DNA of 64,000 bases, from the IMG/VR virus record IMGVR_UViG_3300017642_000089; one strand, written 5' to 3'. This DNA is from an uncultured virus (IMG/VR IMGVR_UViG_3300017642_000089) (Duplodnaviria > Heunggongvirae > Uroviricota > Caudoviricetes). The position numbers and the translations under genes were made by a program. The notes under the pieces are model-generated. The model was not told where the DNA came from. It searched no databases and saw only the letters and a list, made by a program, of their open reading frames with translations. This document shows positions 49,872 to 60,326 of the stretch, piece by piece; within the stretch, counting starts at the first letter, position 1; each line of letters opens with the position of its first letter.

Positions 49872-51041
49872 ATGCGCAACGCGACCCCTCACCCGATACC
49901 CCACCCGACGGCCGTCCTGACCGTGGCGCTGGCCACGGCCCAGGGCGGCGATGCGTCGTCCCTGCCCGAGGGCATGAACGTCCAGCTCTTCCCGGACGGC
50001 GAATTTACCGCCCGCGACGGCCGGCCCGGCAGCATCGACGGCTGCACCACCACAGTCTGGCGCATGGACGCCGACATCGCCGCGTCGCTCATTGCAGCGG
50101 CCGAGGCGCGGGAAACGCCGCTCTGTATCGACTACGAGCACCACACGTTAACCGCCAAGGACGCCGGACACAAGGCCGTGGCCGCCGGCTGGATCGAAGC
50201 GCTTTGCTACGTGCCCGGCCGGGGACTCTTCGCCAAGGTCGCCTGGACCGAGACGGCCCGCGCCCACATACAGGCCGACGAATACCGCTACATCTCACCA
50301 CTTTTCACCTTCGACGGAAAAACCGGGGCGGTCCTGGAACTGGTGAACGCCGCCCTGACCAACAACCCGGCCCTGGACGGGCTGGCCGCCGTGGCCGCTG
50401 TCCGCCAGACGGCCGCAACCCAAGCCCTGCAAACGGAGGCCTGCATGGACGAACTGCTGGAACGTCTGCGCTGGATGCTGAATCTCCCCGTGACCGCCAC
50501 GGCCGAGGAGATCGCCGCGCAACTCGACAAGCTCAAAACGCAAATCGGCGCGGACGCGGCCGCCACAAGCGTGGACCTGCTGGCCATACTGGCCGGCAAG
50601 GACGCGACCATCGCGGCCCTGACCGCCAAGACGAAAGCGCCCGACCCGGCCCGGTTCGCGCCGGTGACGGCGCTTGCCGCGCTGACCAAGGAAAATGCCG
50701 ACCTCAAGGCCAAGCTGACCGAGGCCCTGGCCCAAAACGACCAGGCCGCCCTGACCGCCGCCATCGAGGCCGCCGTGGCCGACGGCCGCGTGCATACGTC
50801 GCTTGCCGGCTGGCTGGCCGAGCTGGCGGCCAAGGACCCGGACGCCGCCCGTGCCTATCTGGACGCGGCCACGCCGATGGCGGCGCTGACCGGCATGCAG
50901 ACGCACACCGGAGGCTTCACACCGCCCGCGTCCGGCACCGGCTCCGGCACGGCCGCGCTGTCGGCCGAGGAAGTCGAGGCCGCCAAGCTGCTCGGCCTGT
51001 CCGAGACTGATTTCGCCAAAGGGAAGGAGGGCAACGTCTAA
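49872..51041 (+). CDS. Mu I-like prohead protease/scaffold
   Basis: IDYEH, AAGWI, YRYISP, AALTNNPAL. Confidence 0.92.
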   Translation: MRNATPHPIPHPTAVLTVALATAQGGDASSLPEGMNVQLFPDGEFTARDGRPGSIDGCTTTVWRMDADIAASLIAAAEARETPLCIDYEHHTLTAKDAGHKAVAAGWIEALCYVPGRGLFAKVAWTETARAHIQADEYRYISPLFTFDGKTGAVLELVNAALTNNPALDGLAAVAAVRQTAATQALQTEACMDELLERLRWMLNLPVTATAEEIAAQLDKLKTQIGADAAATSVDLLAILAGKDATIAALTAKTKAPDPARFAPVTALAALTKENADLKAKLTEALAQNDQAALTAAIEAAVADGRVHTSLAGWLAELAAKDPDAARAYLDAATPMAALTGMQTHTGGFTPPASGTGSGTAALSAEEVEAAKLLGLSETDFAKGKEGNV

Positions 51042-51949
51042 TGGCCATCATCACACCGGCGCTGCTCACGGCGCTTTTTACCGGCTACCGTGCCGAATAC
51101 CAGCGGATGTACGGCGAAACGCCGACGAGCTGGGAGCGGATAGCCACGCTCATCCCGTCCACGTCCAAGTCCAACACCTACGGCTGGCTGGGGCAGTTCC
51201 CCAAGCTGGCCGAGTGGATCGGCGCGCGCGTCCTTAAGGACATGGCCGCCCAGGGCTACACCATCGCCAACAAGCTTTTCGAGGGGACGGTGAGCGTGCC
51301 GCGCACGAGCATCGAGGATGACGAGGTGGGCATCTACAAGCCGCTGTTCGGCGAGATGGGCCGCGCCGCCAAGGTCTTCCCGGACGAACTGACCTACGGC
51401 CTGCTGCCGCTGGGGCTTTCCACCCTGTGCTACGACAACCAGAACTTCTTCGACACGGACCACCCCGTCTATCCCAACGTGGACGGCACCGGCGCGGCCA
51501 AGGTCGTGGCCAACTTGATCGACGAAGCGGGCGGCACGCCCTGGTATCTGCTGGACACCAGCCGGGTCATCAAGCCGGTCATCTTCCAGGAGCGCACCAA
51601 GCCCGAGTTGACCACCATGACCAAGGCCGACGACGAGGCCGTGTTCATGTCCGACACCTACCGCTACGGCGTGCGCTACCGCTGCAACGCCGGCTTCGGT
51701 TTCTGGCAGACCGCGCTGTGCTCCAAAAAGCCGCTGACCACCGACAACTTCAACGCCGCCTATGACGCCATGTGCGCCTTTACGGCGGACGGCGGACGGC
51801 CGCTCGGCGTCAAGCCCTCCCTGCTGGTGGTGCCGACCACCTTGCGCACCAAGGCCAATGAAGTGGTGACGGTTTCGCGGCTGGCCAATGGCGCGGACAA
51901 CCCCAACGCGGGCATCGTGGACGTGCTGGTCACGCCGTGGCTCAACTAG
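51041..51949 (+). CDS. Major capsid protein (Mu T-like)
   Basis: NTYGWLGQFP, CYDNQNFFDTDHP, RCNAGFGFWQ. Confidence 0.95.
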   Translation: MAIITPALLTALFTGYRAEYQRMYGETPTSWERIATLIPSTSKSNTYGWLGQFPKLAEWIGARVLKDMAAQGYTIANKLFEGTVSVPRTSIEDDEVGIYKPLFGEMGRAAKVFPDELTYGLLPLGLSTLCYDNQNFFDTDHPVYPNVDGTGAAKVVANLIDEAGGTPWYLLDTSRVIKPVIFQERTKPELTTMTKADDEAVFMSDTYRYGVRYRCNAGFGFWQTALCSKKPLTTDNFNAAYDAMCAFTADGGRPLGVKPSLLVVPTTLRTKANEVVTVSRLANGADNPNAGIVDVLVTPWLN

Positions 51950-51960
51950 GGAGGGACGCC

Positions 51961-52245
51961 ATGAGCAAGGTAAACGCCATCCTGCGCACGAAAAGCCTGC
52001 GTGGCGGCCATTTCCGGGCCGGTCGCAAGCACGAAGAGGCCGAGACGGACTTTCCTCCCGGCACCTTCGAGGAAGAGGACGTCGCCCGGCTCCAGGCCGA
52101 TCCCGACCTGGAAGTGCGGCTTCTGGAACCGCCCCGCAAGAAGAAGTCGCCCGAGCCCGCTCCCGAAACGGACGGCGCCGCGCCGGCCGAAGAAGGGGAA
52201 GACTTCGACTTCGACGAGCCCGAAGCCAAGGACGCGGGCAAGTAA
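51961..52245 (+). CDS. Mu gp35-like (HI1506-related) small protein
   Basis: FRAGRKH, LQADPDLEV; GGAGG RBS. Confidence 0.7.
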   Translation: MSKVNAILRTKSLRGGHFRAGRKHEEAETDFPPGTFEEEDVARLQADPDLEVRLLEPPRKKKSPEPAPETDGAAPAEEGEDFDFDEPEAKDAGK

Positions 52246-52674
52246 ATGTACGCCGCCTGCCAGGACATGCGCGAGGCCTTCGGGGAGGAGGAGCTGCTCG
52301 CCCTGACGGACCGGGAACAAACGGGCCGCGTGGATGAGGATGTCGCCGGCGCGGCCCTGGTCCGGGCATCCGACGAGGCGGACAGCTACCTGGCCGGCCG
52401 CTACGCCGTGCCGGTGGCCCCGGTGCCGCCGGTGCTGGTCGCCATGGTCTGCGACATCGCCCGCTATCGCCTGACCGGCGGCGCGGCCCAGGAAACCGAC
52501 CCCATTGCCGAGCGCTACCGGCTGGCCATTGCCTGGCTTTCCCGCGTGGCCGAAGGCAAGGCCGACCTGCCCGGCGTGGGCTTGCCGGCCTCGGGCGGCG
52601 ACAACATCCGGTTTGCGACCGGCCGGCGGGTGTTCACGCGACAGTCCGCCGCCGGCAGGGGCAGCGATGCTTAG
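52246..52674 (+). CDS. Head-tail adaptor (Mu gp36/DUF1320)
   Basis: DSYLAGRYAVP, CDIARYRL. Confidence 0.88.
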   Translation: MYAACQDMREAFGEEELLALTDREQTGRVDEDVAGAALVRASDEADSYLAGRYAVPVAPVPPVLVAMVCDIARYRLTGGAAQETDPIAERYRLAIAWLSRVAEGKADLPGVGLPASGGDNIRFATGRRVFTRQSAAGRGSDA

Positions 52675-53287
52675 CCGTATAGAGGCCGCCATGGCCAGGC
52701 ATTTGGCCGAGGGCAAGTTGCCGTATCTGCGCACCGTGGCCACCTACGGCGGCGATTTCGACGACGGCCTGGCCGGTGTGGTGCGCCAGTTGCCGGCCGT
52801 GTGGCTGGCCTTTCGGGGCAGCGTCGGCGAGCCCAGGGCCATGGCTACCAGCCGGCGCGTCTGGCGCATGCCCGTGGCCTGGCTTTGCCTGTGCGGCGCG
52901 CGCCACCTGCGAAACGAGGCGGCACGCCAGGGCAGCGCCGCCAGCGTCGGCTGCTATCAGATGCTGGCCGACACGGCCCGGCTGCTGGTCGGCCGGGATT
53001 TCGGGCTGGAGATCGATCCGCTTGCCCCCGGGCCGGTGCGCTGCATCTGCAACAGCAAGACCGAACGCCAGGGCCTGGCCGTCTACAGCCAGGAGTGGCG
53101 CACGGCCTACGACCTGACCCTGCCGGCCGGCATGGAGGTCACGGACCTGGATACGCCGTATCCCGGCGCGGGCTGGCCGGCCGAGTCGCCCATGCTTTGT
53201 ACCGTGGGCCTGCGCTACCACCTGCTGCCCGACGACGGCGTCCCGGACGCCGAAGACCTGCTCACCCTGCAAGGAGACACCCCATGA
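52667..53287 (+). CDS. Tail terminator-like protein (Mu gp37/DUF1834)
   Basis: VATYGGDF, PAVWL; synteny. Confidence 0.82.
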   Translation: MLSRIEAAMARHLAEGKLPYLRTVATYGGDFDDGLAGVVRQLPAVWLAFRGSVGEPRAMATSRRVWRMPVAWLCLCGARHLRNEAARQGSAASVGCYQMLADTARLLVGRDFGLEIDPLAPGPVRCICNSKTERQGLAVYSQEWRTAYDLTLPAGMEVTDLDTPYPGAGWPAESPMLCTVGLRYHLLPDDGVPDAEDLLTLQGDTP

Positions 53288-53487
53288 AGACCATGACCGT
53301 GACGGCCGCGCCGGGCATCCGCGTGCCCATGGAAGGCGCGGCCCGTCGTTACATCACCGACGCCGCGCCGGTGAACGTGCCGGAATCCGCCTATTACCTG
53401 CGCCGCCTGGCCGACGGCGACTTGACGCTCGCACCCGAGCCCGCCGCCAAGCCCCGGGCCACGGCCAAGGAGACCGACAATGGCTAG
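53284..53487 (+). CDS. Mu gp38/DUF2635 protein
   Basis: GIRVPME, YYLRRLADGDL. Confidence 0.85.
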   Translation: MKTMTVTAAPGIRVPMEGAARRYITDAAPVNVPESAYYLRRLADGDLTLAPEPAAKPRATAKETDNG

Positions 53488-54901
53488 CCCCAACATCAGT
53501 TTCGACACCTTGCCGGCCAGCATCCGCAAGCCCGGCAAGTATTTCGAGTTCAACACCAAGCTTGCCGTGCGCACGTTGCCGGCCAACATCCAGAAGCTGC
53601 TGATCGTGGCCCAGCGCACGGCCGCCGGCAGCCAGGCGCCGCTTGCCGTGGTGAATGTCTACAGCGACGCCGAGGCGGCGGAACTGTTCGGCGTGGGCAG
53701 CCAGGCGCACCTCATGTGCCGGGCGGCGATTACTGCCAACGCCTACCTGCATCTGTCGGTCATCGCCATGGACGACGCCGAGGCAGGCATCGCGGCCACG
53801 GGCACCATGACCGTGACCGGCCCGTCGGCCGGCATCGGCGTGGTGGAGGCGCAAGTGGCGGGCCAGACCGTGCAGATCGCCGTGTCCCTGGGCGACACGG
53901 CGGCGGCCATCGCGGCCGAACTGGCCGACAAGATCAACGGTTCTCCCTCGCTGCCGGTGACGGCGACATCCGCCGCCGGCGTGGTGACGCTGACTTCCCG
54001 CAACAAGGGCGCTGCCGGCAACGGCATCCCGATTGCCGCCACGGCGGCAACGGACGGGGTGGCCGTCGCGGTCACGGCCATGACCGGCGGCGCCGTGGAC
54101 CCGGACATCACGGCCGCCCTGGCTGCGGTTTTCGCCGACGGGCATCACATCATCTGCACGCCCTATGCCGACCAGACGTCGCTTACCGTCCTGCGCCGGC
54201 ACCTGGACGCCGTGAGCCATGCCCTGGAGCAGCGCGGGGCCGTGGGCGTGGCGGCCACGACCGGCAGCCTCGCGTCGGCCACCACCTTGGCCGGGCTCAT
54301 TAATTCCGGCCGCATCACCCTGGCCGTGGCACCGGGCAGCGTAAGCCTCCCCTGCGAGGTGGCGGCCGCCTACGCCGCCGTCATCGCCTCGGAAGAGGAC
54401 CCGGCCCGGCCGCTCAACACCCTGGCCCTGACCGGCATCGACCCTCCGCCCTATGCCAAACGGCTCGGCCGCATGGAGCAGGAAACGGCGCTGTGGAACG
54501 GCGTCACGCCCCTGGAGGTCGGTCCCGGCGAGGTGGTGCAGATAGTGCGCTCCATCACCACCTACACCCGCGACGCCCAGGGCGTGGACGACATCGCGCT
54601 TTTGGACCTGACCACCATCCGCACCCTGGACTACGTGCGCAAGGCCTGCCGCGAGCGCATCGCACTTCGGTTCCCGCGCGAAAAGCTTTCCAGCCGCACG
54701 CCGCCCAAGGTCCGAAGCGAGCTGATCGACGTGCTCAATAAACTTGAGGAGCTGGAGATCGTGGAAGAGGTCAAGGCCAACCTGCCCGGACTCATCTGCG
54801 AACGCGACAGCCAGGACCCCAACCGGCTCGACGCCAAAATTCCCTGCGACGTGGTCAACGGCCTGCACATCTTCGCCGGCCGCATCGACCTGCTGCTGTA
54901 A
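53480..54901 (+). CDS. Tail sheath protein
   Basis: RKPGKYFEFN, DPARPLNTL, GVTPL, RSITTY, DPNRLD. Confidence 0.93.
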   Translation: MASPNISFDTLPASIRKPGKYFEFNTKLAVRTLPANIQKLLIVAQRTAAGSQAPLAVVNVYSDAEAAELFGVGSQAHLMCRAAITANAYLHLSVIAMDDAEAGIAATGTMTVTGPSAGIGVVEAQVAGQTVQIAVSLGDTAAAIAAELADKINGSPSLPVTATSAAGVVTLTSRNKGAAGNGIPIAATAATDGVAVAVTAMTGGAVDPDITAALAAVFADGHHIICTPYADQTSLTVLRRHLDAVSHALEQRGAVGVAATTGSLASATTLAGLINSGRITLAVAPGSVSLPCEVAAAYAAVIASEEDPARPLNTLALTGIDPPPYAKRLGRMEQETALWNGVTPLEVGPGEVVQIVRSITTYTRDAQGVDDIALLDLTTIRTLDYVRKACRERIALRFPREKLSSRTPPKVRSELIDVLNKLEELEIVEEVKANLPGLICERDSQDPNRLDAKIPCDVVNGLHIFAGRIDLLL

Positions 54902-54913
54902 GGAGGCAACCCC

Positions 54914-55288
54914 ATGGCACTGAAAGAGTATGTCGGCGCGGTGGTCCTGGAGGTGGACGGCCGCGAATACGAGGTCATCGACCTCTCCGTGGACCATCAG
55001 ACCGGCCGCAAGGTGGTCAAGACCATGAACCGCACCGGCCGGGCCTTGGGCTTCCACCAGGGCGTGGCCACCTATGAGCTGTCCGTCACCGCCGCCATCC
55101 CCAAGGATGACCCCCTGGCCTGGGAGGACGTGGAAGGGGCCAAGATCACCATCTATCCCCTGGGCGACGTGACGTCGCGCGAATCCTACCTGGACTGCGC
55201 CGTCATCTCCGCCGGCACCAAGTACAGCGTGGACAACGAGGCCCGCATCGACCTCAAGATTCTGGCCCTGGACCACGTACGGGAGTAG
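54914..55288 (+). CDS. Tail tube protein
   Basis: 124 aa immediately after the sheath; AGGAGG RBS. Confidence 0.8.
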   Translation: MALKEYVGAVVLEVDGREYEVIDLSVDHQTGRKVVKTMNRTGRALGFHQGVATYELSVTAAIPKDDPLAWEDVEGAKITIYPLGDVTSRESYLDCAVISAGTKYSVDNEARIDLKILALDHVRE

Positions 55289-55291
55289 CCC

Positions 55292-55624
55292 ATGACAACC
55301 ATTACCGGTTCCCTGACCTACGGCTACTGTGACGACGCCGGCACGGTGCACGCCGATTTCGAGATGCGCGTGCCGACGCTCTCCGATTTGGAAGCCGCCA
55401 TCGAACAGGCGCCGCCGAACGCCAGCCCGGCCCGGTTGTCGCGCTACGTCTGGGCGCGCACCGTCATCCGCCTGGGCACGCTGCCGGCCGAGGCCATCAC
55501 CCCGGAACTGTTGGGCGGTCTGCCCTATACCGAATACAGCGTCCTGGAAGCCGCCGAGAAGGCGCTTCTGGGAAAACTCGTGCCCGCGAGCGCCGGCTCC
55601 GCGACTTCCGGCTCCTCGAAGTAG
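55292..55624 (+). CDS. Tail assembly chaperone (a -1 frameshift would extend it to 55764)
   Basis: Between tube and tape measure; G GGA AAA at 55570-55576. Confidence 0.8.
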   Translation: MTTITGSLTYGYCDDAGTVHADFEMRVPTLSDLEAAIEQAPPNASPARLSRYVWARTVIRLGTLPAEAITPELLGGLPYTEYSVLEAAEKALLGKLVPASAGSATSGSSK

Positions 55625-55764
55625 CGCTGGCGGGCAGGAATCTGACGCTTGCCGACGTACGTGCCATGACCATGCCGCAAATCGAGACGTACATCAGTCT
55701 GCTTTCAGGCAAGGGACAAACTCCCGGCCGGCACGTCGTGCCCGCCCGGCGCGGAGGCCGCTAG

Positions 55765-57882
55765 ATGGGCAAGGATACCGTGGTCCAGGTCATCCTGCGC
55801 CTGCGCGACGAGATGGGCGGCCAGGCCAAAAAGTCCCTGGACGCCGTGGGCCAGGGCGCCAAGGGCGTGGCCCGGGGCGCGGCCACGGCCGGTCAGGCCG
55901 CCGACCGGCTCGCCGCCTCCGCCCGCGACGCCACGGGCCAGTTGCAAGGCGTCGGCCGGGCCGCCGGAGCCGTCCGGGGCGACGGCATCACCAGCGCCGC
56001 CCAGGCCGCCGGCCGGCTCGGACGGGAGGCCAAGACCTCCTCCCGGGAACTGGACGGGGCGGCCCGGGCCGGTGGTCATCTGGCCGGCGCCCTGGCCAAG
56101 GTCGGCAGCGCGGGCAAGGTCGCCTGGGCCACGATACGCGGCATGTCCAAGGCCGTGATGGGCGCGGCGTCCGGGGCCGCCGCCGGCGCTGCCGTGGCCG
56201 GCGCGGCGCTTCGTAAGCCCATTGATTTCGAGAAGCGCATGACGCTTATGGCCAATACGGCCTACGCGGACGAAAAGGACCCGGGCAAACGTCTGGCCGG
56301 ACGCGGCGCGCTGGTCACGTCGGTCAACGCCGCCGTGCGCCAGGGCGGCGGCACGCGCGACGAGGCGGCCGGAGCCCTGGACGCGATGCTTTCCTCGGGC
56401 GCCATCCAGGCGGATACGGCCCAAAAGCTGCTGCCCACCATCCAGAAGTTCGCCACGGCCTCGGGCTCCGGCTCCGGGGACATCGCGGAGATCCTCATCC
56501 GGGGCATCCAGCAAAAATTTTTCACCGAAGATCAAGCCGGCGAGGCCCTGGACAAGGCGCTGGCCGCCGGTCAGGCGGGCGGCTTCGAGCTCAAGGACAT
56601 GGCCAAGTGGCTGCCCAAGATGCTGGCCATGGGCAGCGGCATGAAGGGCATGGCCGGATATGAGCAGATTCTGGCCTATGCCCAGGCAGCGGCCACCACG
56701 GCCGGCAGCAAGGACGAGGCCGGCAACAACCTGGTCAACCTGCTGCAAAAGCTGAACTCCCAGGACACGCAAAAGGATTTCGCCAGACTCGGCATCGACC
56801 TGACCGGCACTCTGGTCAAGGCCCGGGAAAAGGGCATGTTGCCCCTGGAAGCCTTCGCCAAGCTCATCGAGAAGCACGTGGCCGGCAAGGACCCGCGTTA
56901 CAAGAAGCTGCAACAGCGGCTGGGTGCGGCCAAGGACGACGAGAAAAAGCAGATTCTTGGCGATATGACCGACCTGGCGAGTTCCTCGGCCGTGGGGCAG
57001 GTGGTGCAGGACCGGCAGGCCTTGCTGGCGCTGATCGCGGGCATCAACCAGAAGGACTACATCAAGGACGTCCAGGCCCGTATGCATGCGTCCGCCGGCG
57101 AGGGCGACCGCAGCTTCGCCACCTACCAGGGCTCCACGGCGTATTCCGTGGAGCGCGCCGCCAACGAGGCGGAAATCGCCCGTTCGAGCATGCTCGGCGA
57201 CGTTTCCGGGCCGCTTAAGGGCGTGGCGGACACGGCGGCGGACCTGGCCCAGCGCTTCCCCGCCCTGGCCACCGTGGCCATGGAGGCCACCACCGCTATC
57301 GGCGCCATGACGGCGGCGGCCGCCGCCTTTGGGGCCATGCGACTTTTCACCGGAGCCGGCAGTGCGGCCGGCGGGCTGGGCCTGCTTAAGGGGGCCGCCG
57401 CAACGGGCAAGGGAGTGTTCGGCATGCTCGGCGGCGCGGGCGGCGCGTTGGCCACGGCCGGCCTGGCCGCCTGGGACATCTACAGCACCGAGCAGGACGG
57501 CGCCCTTTCCCGCGCCCAGAAAAACGCCCGGCATGTCGAAAATGCCGGCGGACTGGCCGGAGCCATCGCCGGGGCGAAGCTCGGGGCCATGGGCGGGGCC
57601 GCCGTCGGTTCCGTCGTGCCCGGCCTGGGCACGGCCGTCGGCGGCGTTGCGGGAGGTCTGGCCGGCGGCGCCCTGGGCTACTTCGGCGGCGACTGGCTGG
57701 GCAAGCTCGTGGGCAACAAGGTTTTCGGCGGCGGCCCTTCCGAGGACACCAAGCAGGGCGCGCGCGAACTGGTCCAGCCGCGCCAGGAAAACATCAAAAT
57801 CGAGTCCGTCCTGCACCTGGACGGCCGCGAGGTGGCCCGGGCGGTCAACGAATACAACAAGACCGACTCGTTGCGGAATTGA
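55765..57882 (+). CDS. Tape measure protein
   Basis: Ala/Gly-rich; GGFELKDMAKWLP; synteny. Confidence 0.9.
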   Translation: MGKDTVVQVILRLRDEMGGQAKKSLDAVGQGAKGVARGAATAGQAADRLAASARDATGQLQGVGRAAGAVRGDGITSAAQAAGRLGREAKTSSRELDGAARAGGHLAGALAKVGSAGKVAWATIRGMSKAVMGAASGAAAGAAVAGAALRKPIDFEKRMTLMANTAYADEKDPGKRLAGRGALVTSVNAAVRQGGGTRDEAAGALDAMLSSGAIQADTAQKLLPTIQKFATASGSGSGDIAEILIRGIQQKFFTEDQAGEALDKALAAGQAGGFELKDMAKWLPKMLAMGSGMKGMAGYEQILAYAQAAATTAGSKDEAGNNLVNLLQKLNSQDTQKDFARLGIDLTGTLVKAREKGMLPLEAFAKLIEKHVAGKDPRYKKLQQRLGAAKDDEKKQILGDMTDLASSSAVGQVVQDRQALLALIAGINQKDYIKDVQARMHASAGEGDRSFATYQGSTAYSVERAANEAEIARSSMLGDVSGPLKGVADTAADLAQRFPALATVAMEATTAIGAMTAAAAAFGAMRLFTGAGSAAGGLGLLKGAAATGKGVFGMLGGAGGALATAGLAAWDIYSTEQDGALSRAQKNARHVENAGGLAGAIAGAKLGAMGGAAVGSVVPGLGTAVGGVAGGLAGGALGYFGGDWLGKLVGNKVFGGGPSEDTKQGARELVQPRQENIKIESVLHLDGREVARAVNEYNKTDSLRN

Positions 57883-57892
57883 CGGAGGACGC

Positions 57893-59254
57893 ATGGCCTG
57901 GCGGGACGATCTGCTCGATGCCACCTTTCGCGGGGTGTATTTCGCGGTCATTTCGACACGGGACGGGGCGGAACGGGCGCTGGTCCAGCACGAATACCCC
58001 TACCGCGACGGCACCGAAATGGAGGACATGGGCCGGCGGCCCCGCAAGTTCACCATCCGGGCCGTATTCTGGGGCGACGAGTACGCCGCCTACATGGACG
58101 ACCTGATCGGGGCGCTGGACGTTTCCGGCCCCGGCGAGCTGATCCACCCGGTGTTCGGCTCCGTCACCGTGTCAGTGTATTCCTACGAGATCGACCACCA
58201 CGAGGACCATCCCGACTACGCCGAGATCGAGATGGTCATGATCGAGACCGGCCAGGACCAGCCGTTTTTCGCCGCAACCTGCACGGCCCTGGGGCAGGCC
58301 GACGACAGGGCCTGCAACTTGGCCCAGGCCGTGGCCGATACCCGGGACTGGATGCTTTCGGTCTACGCCTCCTGGGTGGATACGATAGCGGCCCTGCCGT
58401 GCGTGCTGGCCGTGGCCGAGGCCGTGTCCGGCGTCAACGCCGTGTTGGCCTTGGCCCGGGACGTGGCCGCGCTCCCGCTCGTCGTGCTCGACGCCGTGCT
58501 GACCGCGCCGCTGGTCGTCTGGACCGAGGCCACGGCCGTGGCCGGGGCCGTGCTGGACACGGCGCTGGCCCTGCCCGAGGCGGCGGTGGGGGCCTTTTTG
58601 CCGTTCGCCCGCTTTGCCGGCGAGCTTGTGGCGCTGCCGCTGACGGTCGCCGGGGAAGTGCTGACCTTTCCCGCGACCGTCGGCAGTTATGCCGGCGCCA
58701 TTCTGGGCGGGCCGGTCGCGGACGAGCCGGGACCGCAGCCGGTTTTTACCCTGGCCCCGGCGGTCGATGCCGTAACGCGGCAGGCCCCCGACCTTGCCAC
58801 CGTCGCCGGCCAGGCCTGGGCCTACGGCGCCCTGGCCACCAACCTGGCCAGGACCGTGGCAGTGGTGGCCGAGGCCTCCCGGGTGCTTTCGGCCGAGATC
58901 ACGGTCCCGAGCCTGACCCCGGCCGAAGTGGAGACCGTCGTTGGCAGCACGCGGGCGCGCATGCAGGCCGCCATCGACGACGCCACGGCCGTGTTGCCGA
59001 CGCATGCGTCCTATCCCCTGGCCGAAACCCTGCGCACGGCAGCCTTGGACATCCAGGAACTGGGCCGCGCGGTCATCCACCTCAATCCGCCGCTTCTTGC
59101 CACGGCCGTGTCCAGCCCCTGCAATTTCCACTTGTTGGCGCATCGGCTCTACGGCGACTACACCAGGGCGGCCGAGCTGGCCCGGCTCAATCCCGGCGTC
59201 CGCAACCCCAATTTCCTGGCCAAGGGCCAGACCATCCTGCACTATGCCAAGTGA
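57893..59254 (+). CDS. DNA circularisation protein (Mu N-like)
   Basis: ATFRGV, HEYPYRDG, EDMG, GELIHPVFG, LAHRLYGD. Confidence 0.92.
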   Translation: MAWRDDLLDATFRGVYFAVISTRDGAERALVQHEYPYRDGTEMEDMGRRPRKFTIRAVFWGDEYAAYMDDLIGALDVSGPGELIHPVFGSVTVSVYSYEIDHHEDHPDYAEIEMVMIETGQDQPFFAATCTALGQADDRACNLAQAVADTRDWMLSVYASWVDTIAALPCVLAVAEAVSGVNAVLALARDVAALPLVVLDAVLTAPLVVWTEATAVAGAVLDTALALPEAAVGAFLPFARFAGELVALPLTVAGEVLTFPATVGSYAGAILGGPVADEPGPQPVFTLAPAVDAVTRQAPDLATVAGQAWAYGALATNLARTVAVVAEASRVLSAEITVPSLTPAEVETVVGSTRARMQAAIDDATAVLPTHASYPLAETLRTAALDIQELGRAVIHLNPPLLATAVSSPCNFHLLAHRLYGDYTRAAELARLNPGVRNPNFLAKGQTILHYAK

Positions 59255-60326
59255 TCCCGAATACATCACGCTACGCCTGGCCGGTCATGAACACCGGGAC
59301 TGGACCAGCTACCGCGTCGAATCGGATCTGCTCACCCCGGCCGACGCCTGGCGCGTTTCGCTGGGCATCCCGGCCGGACAGGTGCCGGCCTACGTCAAAC
59401 CCTGGGCCGAGGTGGAGCTGCTGCTTGGCGAGGACGTGGTGCTTTCGGGCCGCATCGACCGCATCGAGCGCAGCATCGCCAAGGGCGAGCACGTGCTGAC
59501 CCTAAGCGGCCGGGACAACGCGGCCGTGCTGGTGGATTGTTCCGCGCCGATCCGCACCCGGCGCGAGGTGGACCTGGCCGAGGCCGTGGACCTGCTCGTG
59601 AGGCCGCTGGGCCTGACCAAGGTGCGGGTGGATGCCGTCGGCCACAAGAAAAAGGTGGAGGTCGAGCCGGGCATGACGGCCTGGGACGCCCTCAAGCGGT
59701 TGTGCGAGGCCAACGGCTGCTGGGCCTGGTGCGAGCCGGACGGGACGCTGGTGGTGGGCGGCCCGGACTATACGGCCCCGCCCGTGGCCGACTTGCTGCT
59801 GCGCTTTGACGGCCTGGGCAACAACGTCATGAGCCTTTCGGTTACGGACGACGTGTCCGGCCGGCACAGCGAAGTGACGGTGCTGGGCCAGACGCACGGC
59901 ACCGAGACGGCGGCCGGGCAGCACAACCTGGTCGCCGTGGAGCGCGACCCGAACGTGGCCGGCTACCGGCCGCTGATCCTCACCGACGGCGACGTGGACA
60001 GCCAGGCCGAGGCCGTGCGCCGCGCCCGCAAGCAGATTGCCGACAGCACGCTTGAGGGGCTGACCATCGCGGTCAACGTACGCGGCCATCGCGCCGGCAC
60101 CGGCGAACCCTGGCGGCCCGGCCAGCGGGTGCGGCTGGTTTCCGAGCCCCACGGCCTGGACGCCATCTATTATCTGATGCACCGGGCCATCCTGGGCAAT
60201 CGGCGCAACGGCACCTATACCGAGCTGACCCTCAAGGCGGACGGCGTCTGGCTGCCGGACCAGGTCGCCGCCGCCAAGGGCAAGAAAGGCAAGGCCAAGC
60301 AGGCCTTGCGGGTGGTGGACCTATGA
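59244..60326 (+). CDS. Baseplate hub (Mu P-like)
   Basis: SDLLTPADAW, GRDNAAVLVDCSA, WRPGQRV. Confidence 0.9.
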   Translation: MPSDPEYITLRLAGHEHRDWTSYRVESDLLTPADAWRVSLGIPAGQVPAYVKPWAEVELLLGEDVVLSGRIDRIERSIAKGEHVLTLSGRDNAAVLVDCSAPIRTRREVDLAEAVDLLVRPLGLTKVRVDAVGHKKKVEVEPGMTAWDALKRLCEANGCWAWCEPDGTLVVGGPDYTAPPVADLLLRFDGLGNNVMSLSVTDDVSGRHSEVTVLGQTHGTETAAGQHNLVAVERDPNVAGYRPLILTDGDVDSQAEAVRRARKQIADSTLEGLTIAVNVRGHRAGTGEPWRPGQRVRLVSEPHGLDAIYYLMHRAILGNRRNGTYTELTLKADGVWLPDQVAAAKGKKGKAKQALRVVDL

